A stretch of DNA of 36,304 nucleotides from Pseudonocardiales bacterium (lineage in GTDB: Bacteria > Actinomycetota > Actinomycetes > Mycobacteriales > Pseudonocardiaceae), in NCBI GenBank assembly GCA_025465385.1, contig JAODNG010000408.1, positions 1-36,304 of the forward strand, in the 5' to 3' direction. The first letter of the stretch is position 1. Every line of letters begins with the position of its first letter. The notes beneath the pieces were generated by a model that had not been told where the DNA came from, did not search any database, and saw only the letters and a list, made by a program, of their open reading frames with translations. Below, in pieces: positions 29,603 through 36,304 of the stretch. A program made the position numbers and the translations under genes.

Positions 29603-30744
29603 GCCACCACCCGAGCATCGGCAGGCAATCCGGTGACCGCGGCGTAATGGCCGAGCAGTTCATCACAGACCGCCGGCCAGGTGCGCCGCAACACACTGCG
29701 ACGGGCTGCCGCACCGCACCGGATGCGAAGACCTGGATCGTCGACCAGGATGCGAACCGCGGCGCGCAGTGCGGCTCCGAACACTTCGTCAGCGCCCGAG
29801 TCGAAGGTCTCTGGAAGCAGGAAACCGGTGCCGCCGTGGGTCACCAGGTCCCGCGGACCGCCGGCGTCCGGGGCGATCACCGGCAGCCCACAGGCCAGCG
29901 CCTCCTGCACGGCCTGGCAGAACGTCTCGAAGGGCCCGGTGTGCACGAAGACGTCCAGACTGGCGTAGGCCTGCGCCAGCTCATCACCGGTCTTGAACCC
30001 CAGGAAGGCAGCACCGGGTAGCCGCCTGGCCAGCTCCCGGAGATCCGGGCCGTCACCCACCACGACGAGCCGGATACCAGGGACATCCTGCAGTGCGGAC
30101 AGCCGCAGGACTTTCTTCTCCGGCGCCAGGCGGCCGACGAAGCCGACGAGCACCTCGCCGTGCGGGGCCAGCTGCGCGCGGAGCCGCTCATCTCGACGAG
30201 ATGGGCGGAAATGATTGGTGTCCACCCCGCGCCCCCAGCGGTGCACCCGGGGCACCCCGTGCGAGGCCAGGGCGGTAACCGCGGAGGTCGACGGCGCGAG
30301 CGTACGGTCAGCCCCGCTGTGTAACCGCCGTGTCCAGCGCCACGCGGTACGGGCAGCGAACCCCAGCCCGTAGGAGTCGGCGAACCCGGCGATGTCGGTC
30401 TGGTAGACGGCCACAGTGGGAACTCCGAGCCGGCGAGCCGCCCACAAGCCGCGGGCCCCCACGATCACCGGGGAGGCCAGATGGACCACGTCCGGACCGA
30501 AGTGACGCAACGCGGTGAGCACCTTGCGGCTGGGAACACCGACCGGCACGGAGTCGACCACCGGCAGATCCACAGCCGGCACCCGCACCACGGGAGCGCC
30601 CTGGTAACTGTCCGGGCCCGCGCCCGGCGCGATGACCAGAGCTTGATGCTCGCAATGGATCAGATGCTGCACCACGTGGATCACCGAGTTGCTGACACCG
30701 TTGATAACAGGCAGAAATGACTCGGTCACTATCGCGACGCGCAT
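29599..30744 (-). CDS. GT4-family glycosyltransferase (MgtA/SQD2-like alpha-glycosyl/mannosyltransferase)
   Basis: ATG 30744 gives [21 protein letters not shown]..., then [10 protein letters not shown]...[29 protein letters not shown]. The track start at 30783 adds 13 unlikely residues. Confidence 0.85.
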   Translation of the reverse strand: MRVAIVTESFLPVINGVSNSVIHVVQHLIHCEHQALVIAPGAGPDSYQGAPVVRVPAVDLPVVDSVPVGVPSRKVLTALRHFGPDVVHLASPVIVGARGLWAARRLGVPTVAVYQTDIAGFADSYGLGFAARTAWRWTRRLHSGADRTLAPSTSAVTALASHGVPRVHRWGRGVDTNHFRPSRRDERLRAQLAPHGEVLVGFVGRLAPEKKVLRLSALQDVPGIRLVVVGDGPDLRELARRLPGAAFLGFKTGDELAQAYASLDVFVHTGPFETFCQAVQEALACGLPVIAPDAGGPRDLVTHGGTGFLLPETFDSGADEVFGAALRAAVRILVDDPGLRIRCGAAARRSVLRRTWPAVCDELLGHYAAVTGLPADARVVA

Positions 30745-30802
30745 GGCGCTGACCGTGCCAGGCCCGGGCTGGCGTAGCGGCACGTAACCATGTCGCAGCG
30801 CG

Positions 30803-30821
30803 GAACTCCTGGCGAACTCCT
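30803..30821 (-). repeat. two direct 8-mers (AGGAGTTC on the minus strand) spaced 11 bp, upstream of the GT-GT-menG-purNH gene string
   Basis: GAACTCCT occurs at 30803-30810 and again at 30814-30821 on the plus strand, 59-77 nt upstream of ATG 30744. Confidence 0.3.
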
Positions 30822-30867
30822 CGTACCTCGCCGACCCCGGGTGCGGGTGTCCCGCAAAACGCCAGAC

Positions 30868-31335
30868 TTATCGCGCACGGCCCTGGCGCCGGCGCAACCA
30901 CCAGCTAACTGGCGCGACTAGCACCCACAACGCCATGAGGATGATCGATGCTGGAGCCACGCCCTGCACCCAGGTGCGCCCAGCGACCCGCACGTGCCCC
31001 ATCGGGTCGGAGCTGTCATATTCCACCCGGACCAGCTGCCCCACCTGCAGCCCGGAAGGGTAGGCCAGCCCTGCATCGGGGCGGTACACCTTGCCGTCGG
31101 GCGAGGTGAACTGCACCAAAGTCCGTATCGACGTCACCGCGAGCACCTGGGCGGTGGCGTGCCCGGTGCGGGCGTCGATGGCCGCGTCATCGAGCGCTGC
31201 GCCGGCCAGCGCCAGCGTGATGAGGCCGGTCAGTAAGGCCGCTGCGGCAGGCAGCATCCACCACACCGGCCGTCGCCGGCGGTTGCGGGTCTGCCGTGGA
31301 GACCCGGTAACGGGCCCGGTAACCAGAGCGGTCAT
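30868..31335 (-). CDS. DUF3592-like membrane protein (TM - beta-rich domain - TM)
   Basis: 155 aa. Basic N-terminus, TM segment WWMLPAAAALLTGLITLALAG, central ATAQVLAVTSIRTLVQFTSPDGKVYRP...GQLVRVEYDSSDP, and C-terminal TM ASIILMALWVLVAPVSWWL. Confidence 0.6.
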   Translation of the reverse strand: MTALVTGPVTGSPRQTRNRRRRPVWWMLPAAAALLTGLITLALAGAALDDAAIDARTGHATAQVLAVTSIRTLVQFTSPDGKVYRPDAGLAYPSGLQVGQLVRVEYDSSDPMGHVRVAGRTWVQGVAPASIILMALWVLVAPVSWWLRRRQGRAR

Positions 31336-31416
31336 CGCTGGCCAGCTTAGCGGCAGTCACGACGGTAGATCGACGGGCAACACGCCTCCGGCGGCTAGCC
31401 CTAATACGCTGGTGGC

Positions 31417-32655
31417 GTGACCACCGCCCCGCTGACCGACCGGCTGGTCGTGCGCTCGCGTCTGGTGCCGGGCAGCGGTACCGATCTGCTCGACATGTTG
31501 CCCTCCCCTCGTGGGGTGCTGTCCTGGATCCGTGCCGGTGAGGGGCTGGTGGCCTGGGGCGAGGTGGCCCGGGTGTGCACCGAAGGGCCGCACCGCTTTG
31601 CCCGCGCCCAGGACTGGTGGGCGTCCTTCTGCACCCAGCTCGACACTCGGGATGAGGTCGGTCTTCCGGGCAGTGGCCCAGTTGCCTTCGCCAGCCTCGC
31701 CTTCGACGAATCCCCGGGCAGCTCGGTACTGGTGGTGCCGCGAGTGATAGTCGGCCGACGCGGCGACCAAACCTGGGTCACCGAGTTCGAGACCGGCCGG
31801 GCGACCGGTCCAGTGGTGCCGGTCAGCCGCCCCCGTGGCCTGCGGTACTTCGACGGTGAGCTACCGGTGACCGCATGGCGCGATGCGGTAGCGCGCGCGG
31901 TATCGCGGATGCGTGACGGCGCGGCACCGGCGAAGGTGGTCCTCGCGCACGACCTGCTCGCGGTCGCTGATGAACCGCTGGATCCCCGGTTCCTGCTCCA
32001 TGGGCTGGCCGCACGGTACCCGTCGTGCTGGACATTCGCCGTGGACCACCTGGTCGGCGCGACCCCCGAGTTGCTGCTGCGCCGGCGCGGCACCGAGGTG
32101 CTCTCGAGGGTGCTGGCCGGAACCACCTGGCCGCATGACGGTGCCAACGCCGGGGCGCTGGCCGTCGAACTACTCGCCTCGGCCAAAGACCACGATGAAC
32201 ACCGCTACGCGGTCGACTCACTGGCTCAGGCGCTGCGGCCGTTTTGCACCGAGCTGGTCGTTCCTGCCGTACCCAGCGTGCTGGAACTGCACAACGTGCT
32301 GCACCTGGCCACCGAGGTCCGCGGAGTACTGCACCCGCTGGGGCCGCCGCTGCTCACCCTGGCCGACGCTGTGCATCCCACTGCCGCCGTGGGCGGCAGT
32401 CCCACCCTGGCCGCGGTCAGCGCGATCGATGAGCTGGAGGCGATGGACCGCGGACGCTACGCAGGTCCGGTCGGCTGGGTGGATGCCGCGGGTGACGGCG
32501 AGCTCGGCATCGCACTGCGTTGCGCCCAAGTCGTCGGGCGGTTCGCCCGATTGTTCGCCGGCTGCGGAATCGTCGCCGGCTCCGATCCCGACTCCGAGGT
32601 CGCCGAAGCCGCCGCCAAGCTGGTCCCGATCCGCGACGCTCTGGAGGGCTCGTGA
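31417..32655 (+). CDS. menF: isochorismate synthase
   Basis: 412 aa with a GTG start. Chorismate-binding signatures: ATPELLLRRRG, RVLAGT, HRYAVDSL, LHLATEVRG, HPTAAVGGSP, DRGRYAGPVGW, GIALRCA, AGCGIVAGSDPDSE. Confidence 0.9.
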   Translation: MTTAPLTDRLVVRSRLVPGSGTDLLDMLPSPRGVLSWIRAGEGLVAWGEVARVCTEGPHRFARAQDWWASFCTQLDTRDEVGLPGSGPVAFASLAFDESPGSSVLVVPRVIVGRRGDQTWVTEFETGRATGPVVPVSRPRGLRYFDGELPVTAWRDAVARAVSRMRDGAAPAKVVLAHDLLAVADEPLDPRFLLHGLAARYPSCWTFAVDHLVGATPELLLRRRGTEVLSRVLAGTTWPHDGANAGALAVELLASAKDHDEHRYAVDSLAQALRPFCTELVVPAVPSVLELHNVLHLATEVRGVLHPLGPPLLTLADAVHPTAAVGGSPTLAAVSAIDELEAMDRGRYAGPVGWVDAAGDGELGIALRCAQVVGRFARLFAGCGIVAGSDPDSEVAEAAAKLVPIRDALEGS

Positions 32656-32695
32656 GTGCATAACGTGTTACGGCACATCCCACTCACCAGGCTCG

Positions 32696-34177
32696 TCAGC
32701 CCGGCGACGCCGGCGGCCGTCCCTGGCTGAGCAGCCACGTCTGCGCGACGGCATCGACGCTCTTGCCGGACACGTGCTTGACCAGGGCCAGGAAGTCCTG
32801 CACCGAACCGTTGCCACCGGCCCGCTCAGTGGCCCAGGCGCGCAGAGCGGCGAAAAAGTTCTGGTCGCCTAGCGTGGCTCGGATCGCCTGCAGTGCCATC
32901 CCGCCGCGCACATAGACCGCGTTGCTGAACACCGCGTCGGCGCCCGGAGCTCCCGGCGGGGTTCGCCAGAAGTCGTCGCCGGCGGGATGGCTGGCGTAGT
33001 TCTCCGCTGCCGTTTGTGCAGCGGTGGGGCCGCCGTTGCGTTCGGAGTACAGCCATTCGGCGTAGGTGGCGAAACCCTCGTTGAGCCAGATGTCGCTCCA
33101 GTGGCTCACCGAGACGCTGTCCCCGAACCACTGGTGGGCCAGCTCGTGCACCACCACCGTGACGTTCTGGCCGTCATCGAAGAACGTCGGCGCGTATACC
33201 GGACGGGTCTGGTCCTCCAGCGCGAAACCAAGGCCGGCGTCGGGGACCACCCCGCCGAGCTGGCGGAATGGGTAGGGGCCGAAGATCCCGGAGAGGAACT
33301 CGACGATCTGGGGCGTCTGTTCCACCGAGGCACGCGCCGCGTCCGCGACCGCCGGAGCGAGGGCCCGGTCGTAGGCAGCCAGGTACAGCCCGAAACGGGT
33401 GTCGCGGCGCACGATGTCGTACTTGCCGATCGCGACGAAAGCCAGGTACGTGGCCATCGGCTCGGTCTCCTGCCAGCGCCACTGCTGCAGGCCTGGCCCC
33501 GCCGCCTCCGGGCCACCGAGCAGAGCGCCATTGGATATCACCTGCAGACCGGCGGGAACGACGGCAGTGATCGTGAAAGTCGCCTTGTCCGATGGGTGGT
33601 CGTTGGAGGGATACCACCAGGCGGCGATATCCGGCTCGCCCACGGCGACGGCGCCGTCGGCGGTACGCACCCATGGAGAGTGCACCCCAGGTCCGCCAGA
33701 GACATTCGACGGCACCCCGGCGTAGGCGACCCGCACCGTCATCTGCGCTCCCGATGCCACGGGTGCCGCCGGGGTGACCTGCAGCTCACCACCGTCCTGA
33801 TGCATCATGGCCGGCTGGTCATTCACGGTGACCGCCGACGCGGGCAACCGGAGGTCCAGATTGAATCGGGACAGGCTCTCGGTGGCCGTGGCGGTAATCG
33901 TGGTGTGGCCCTCGAGCCGGTCGGTGGGCGGGTCGTAGCGAACTGCGATGTCGTATGCGGTGATGTCGTAGCCACCGTTGCCGGCGCGCGGAAAGTAGGG
34001 ATCCCCGATGCCGTCGGCGCCCACCGCCGGGGGCGCAGTAGCCACCGCCGTGGCCGACGGCGGCCGCGGGTGCGTCGCCGGAGCGGACTTCGAGGCCCGC
34101 CACGGGATTGCCAGCGCGACCAGCACCAGCAGCAGCGCCAGCACCGGCCCGATCAGCAATGCAATTCGCTTACGCAT
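32696..34177 (-). CDS. secreted/membrane-anchored M1-family zinc metallopeptidase (aminopeptidase N-like)
   Basis: HEXXH-X18-E is present (VVHELAHQWFGDSVSVSHWSDIWLNEGFATY), with a GAMEN-like GFALED. The signal/anchor is MRKRIALLIGPVLALLLVLVALAI from ATG 34177, with GGGGAGG 5 nt upstream. The track start at 34219 would overlap menD. Confidence 0.9.
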   Translation of the reverse strand: MRKRIALLIGPVLALLLVLVALAIPWRASKSAPATHPRPPSATAVATAPPAVGADGIGDPYFPRAGNGGYDITAYDIAVRYDPPTDRLEGHTTITATATESLSRFNLDLRLPASAVTVNDQPAMMHQDGGELQVTPAAPVASGAQMTVRVAYAGVPSNVSGGPGVHSPWVRTADGAVAVGEPDIAAWWYPSNDHPSDKATFTITAVVPAGLQVISNGALLGGPEAAGPGLQQWRWQETEPMATYLAFVAIGKYDIVRRDTRFGLYLAAYDRALAPAVADAARASVEQTPQIVEFLSGIFGPYPFRQLGGVVPDAGLGFALEDQTRPVYAPTFFDDGQNVTVVVHELAHQWFGDSVSVSHWSDIWLNEGFATYAEWLYSERNGGPTAAQTAAENYASHPAGDDFWRTPPGAPGADAVFSNAVYVRGGMALQAIRATLGDQNFFAALRAWATERAGGNGSVQDFLALVKHVSGKSVDAVAQTWLLSQGRPPASPG

Positions 34178-34196
34178 GGTTACCTCCCCGGCACTG

Positions 34197-34219
34197 ACCT
34201 TAAGCGCTGCCACCGACAA
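34197..34219 (-). promoter_or_regulatory. match to the mycobacterial RecA-independent (RecA-NDp / PafBC-type) DNA-damage promoter motif
   Basis: The minus strand reads TTGTCGGTG-GCAGCGCT-TAAGGT, against the published motif tTGTCRgtg-N8-TAnnnT. It sits in the last codons and stop of menD. The -10 element ends 19 nt before the peptidase ATG, so a TSS 6-8 nt downstream would fall at the SD GGGGAGG. Confidence 0.45.
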
Positions 34220-35882
34220 AGGGAGCGACAGCCGTCGCTACCGCGGTCCGGATCTGATCATGCAGCGCCCGCAGCCCGGACCGCTGCGTGGCCACCTCTA
34301 CAACCCGCAGGCCCCGGGCAGGGACTACTGCCACCTCCGCCAGTTCGCCGGCCGACGCCCGAACGTGCGGCACGTGATGCGCCGCGCACAGAGCCGCCAG
34401 ATCGGTGCCGTGCGGGGTGCCGAAGACCCGTTCGAAAGCGCAGGCATACTCCGGGGCTCCTTGCTCCAAGACCGCAAAGATGCCGCCCCCGTCGTCGTTA
34501 GCGACCACCACGGTCAGATCCGGACGGTCCTCATCCGGACCGGCCAACAGCCCGTTCGAATCGTGCAGGAACGTCAGGTCACCGACCAGAGCGTAACCCG
34601 GTCCGCCGTGCACCAGGGCCGCCCCGGTGGCGGTGGAGATCGTCCCATCGATGCCGGCGACGCCCCGGTTGGCCAGCACAGTCAGACCCGGCCGCGGCCG
34701 GGCGGCCAGCGACACGTCCCGGATCGGGTTAGACGAGCCAAGCAGCAGCAGCGCCCCGTCCGGCAGTGCGGCGACCAGCAACCGAGCCACCTCGAGACCG
34801 GTCGCTTCGGGACAGCTCTGCACGACGGACCTCACTGCGGCGGCGGCCGTCGCGTCAGCCTGCTGCCAGCTGTGCAACCACTCCGGATCAGGGGAACCGA
34901 CGCAGCGCAGCGCGGTGCCCACCGCGACCGCGGTAGCCGCGATATCCGTCCACTCCGGACGGTCGGTGAGAACGGTGACCGCAACCGTCGGGTCAGCGAG
35001 CAGCCGCTGCACTGACCGATGCAGGGTGGGGCGACCGAGCACCAGCACCTGTTCGGGTCGCAGCTGAGGGACCACCGGCGAGCCCAGCAGCCACGGCCCG
35101 GCTGCCAGCGCGTCCGGCCAGTCGGACGCGGTGGGCTCGGCTACCAGCGGTAGCCCTGGCGGCGCCGGTGGCGCGCCGTGACCGGCAACCACGAGCGTGC
35201 GCCGGCTTAGGTCGAGCTCCACCTCGACGCGCAGCGGTGAACCGGTCGACACCGCGGTCCAGGGCGCGCTGGTTGGCCGGCCTGGAAGAGCCGCCAACAC
35301 CTGCGGCGCAGAATCCTGGAGAGCCGCACTCGGCGGGGGCACCAGCGGCTCGCGAAACGGCACGTTGAGATGCACCGGTCCAGGGCCGCCGCCCAGAGCA
35401 CCCCGCGCGGTCGCGACCGTCCGGTCCACCGCGGATCGCCACTGGGTGTGCTGTGCACAGTCCGACGGTGCCGCCAGAGAGGGCGCCGCGCGCACCGCTG
35501 CGCCGAACAGGCCCGCTTGGCGCACCGTCTGGTTCGCCCCGGTCCCGACCAGCTCGGCCGGGCGGTCGGCGGTGACCGCCAGCAACGGGATTCCGGCGTG
35601 GTGGGCCTCCAACACCGCGGGGTGCAGATTCGCCGCCGCCGTCCCGGACGTGCACACCACCGGCACTGGCAGATTGGAACGCAGCGCCAAGCCCAGCGCC
35701 AGAAACGCTGCAGAACGCTCGTCGATCCGGACATGCAGCGTCAACCGCCCGGCCTGCTCGGCCGCATGCAGGGCGAAGGACAGCGGCGCGTTGCGCGACC
35801 CCGGACAGAGCACGGCGTGGCGCACCCCGCACCGCACCAACTCGTCGACCAGCACCGTGGCCAGCGCGGTGGACGGGTTCAC
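34200..35882 (-). CDS. menD: 2-succinyl-5-enolpyruvyl-6-hydroxy-3-cyclohexene-1-carboxylate (SEPHCHC) synthase
   Basis: 560 aa with a GTG start. MNPSTALATVLVDELVRCGVRHAVLCPGSRNAPLSFAL and the ThDP motif VGDLTFLHDSNGLL. Confidence 0.92.
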   Translation of the reverse strand: MNPSTALATVLVDELVRCGVRHAVLCPGSRNAPLSFALHAAEQAGRLTLHVRIDERSAAFLALGLALRSNLPVPVVCTSGTAAANLHPAVLEAHHAGIPLLAVTADRPAELVGTGANQTVRQAGLFGAAVRAAPSLAAPSDCAQHTQWRSAVDRTVATARGALGGGPGPVHLNVPFREPLVPPPSAALQDSAPQVLAALPGRPTSAPWTAVSTGSPLRVEVELDLSRRTLVVAGHGAPPAPPGLPLVAEPTASDWPDALAAGPWLLGSPVVPQLRPEQVLVLGRPTLHRSVQRLLADPTVAVTVLTDRPEWTDIAATAVAVGTALRCVGSPDPEWLHSWQQADATAAAAVRSVVQSCPEATGLEVARLLVAALPDGALLLLGSSNPIRDVSLAARPRPGLTVLANRGVAGIDGTISTATGAALVHGGPGYALVGDLTFLHDSNGLLAGPDEDRPDLTVVVANDDGGGIFAVLEQGAPEYACAFERVFGTPHGTDLAALCAAHHVPHVRASAGELAEVAVVPARGLRVVEVATQRSGLRALHDQIRTAVATAVAPFVGGSA

Positions 35883-36100
35883 AAGTGATCAGCATGCCCT
35901 GCGACCGGGTATACCGGGGGTAAGGGGCCACACGTCCGTCCTATCGGCGAGATCAACGTACAGCCTGCCTCACCAGCCGCCTTGACGGTGGCGACGGGTG
36001 TGCAGACCGTCAGAAACCCCACAGCGATCAGCACTGCGGCCAGCCGGCCGGGACTGCGAATGCGTGACGCCCTTCGGGTACTTCCGGGTACAGACGTCAC
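35879..36100 (-). CDS. possible small (73 aa) signal-anchored Cys-containing protein, coupled to menD
   Basis: GTG start with GAAAGG about 9 nt upstream. Basic N-terminus plus hydrophobic segment LAAVLIAVGFLTVC. Its stop overlaps the menD GTG (GTGA). By my count GC3 is only about two thirds, clearly lower than neighbouring genes, so coding status is uncertain. Confidence 0.35.
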   Translation of the reverse strand: MTSVPGSTRRASRIRSPGRLAAVLIAVGFLTVCTPVATVKAAGEAGCTLISPIGRTCGPLPPVYPVAGHADHL

Positions 36101-36240
36101 CGTTGCTACCTTTCAGAGCCGCTCCCCCGCTCCGGCGCAGCGCCCAAGACCGGACGCGGCTAGAACCGCCTCGCGCCCCAGCGGCTGCCCACTCACCCTC
36201 CGAGTGCGAAACAGTGTTCCAGCACCGAATGCCACTCACC

Positions 36241-36256
36241 GGCACGCTAGCGTGCC
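36241..36256 (+). promoter_or_regulatory. perfect 16-bp palindrome 2 nt upstream of the probable menB ATG (candidate operator overlapping a TAGCGT -10)
   Basis: GGCACGCT|AGCGTGCC. The embedded TAGCGT fits TAnnnT and ends 5 nt before ATG 36259. No SD is visible. Confidence 0.35.
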
Positions 36257-36258
36257 GC

Positions 36259-36304
36259 ATGGTCTCCGAGCTGTTCGAACCGTCTGCCTGGCGCCGCGTC
36301 GAGG
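36259..36304 (+). CDS. menB: probable 1,4-dihydroxy-2-naphthoyl-CoA synthase, 5' end only (runs off the window)
   Basis: Only 15 codons are visible: MVSELFEPSAWRRVE. They resemble the ...NPFDAKAWRLVDGF... segment I recall near the N-terminus of actinobacterial MenB. The gene is divergent from menD within a men cluster. Confidence 0.4.
   Translation, partial: MVSELFEPSAWRRVE

Noticed and set aside
36274-36281. GTTCGAAC in the probable menB 5' end.
   Set aside because: The half-sites are in the wrong (abutting, everted) arrangement, so it is not a GAAC-N4-GTTC operator.

Overview
This is high-GC (roughly 70% by eye) actinobacterial chromosomal DNA. It is almost fully coding, and I found no rRNA, tRNA, CRISPR array or transposase. 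The ORF track shows GTG/TTG starts as M, so I re-examined several starts by hand. Gene order resembles two Mycobacterium-type core neighbourhoods; this rests on recollection, not alignment. (i) nt 1-17.3k: conserved hypothetical, coiled-coil protein, cdd, D-Ala-D-Ala carboxypeptidase, ABC exporter, cinA, yihY, trpS, SH3 protein, icd, mdh, DUF3017, folD, an MfpA-like pentapeptide protein and dnaE2. (ii) nt 25.5-36.3k: purH, purN, menG, two GT4 glycosyltransferases, DUF3592, menF, an M1 metallopeptidase, menD and a probable menB start. The only accessory-looking stretch is about 17.3-25.6k. It holds a DUF222/HNH endonuclease gene set 9 bp upstream of dnaE2, a multiply frameshifted alpha/beta-hydrolase pseudogene, a PAC2-family gene directly downstream of imuA'-imuB, and a divergent SAM-hydrolase (DUF62) + flavoenzyme pair. 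Two GAAC-N4-GTTC LexA (SOS) boxes are the only ones I found in the window. Each contains an in-frame ATG, and they sit in front of the HNH-dnaE2 pair and in front of imuA'. The second regulatory signal worth attention is a full match to the mycobacterial RecA-independent (PafBC-type) damage promoter motif, located just upstream of the M1 peptidase inside the menaquinone cluster. A GC3-rich 59-aa membrane ORF, too short for the supplied track, lies at 7056-7235. I do not see a clear-cut new multi-gene system such as a defence island. The best candidate for something undescribed is the SOS island architecture (HNH-dnaE2 bicistron; imuA'-imuB-PAC2). All functional calls come from motifs read in the translations; no database search was possible.
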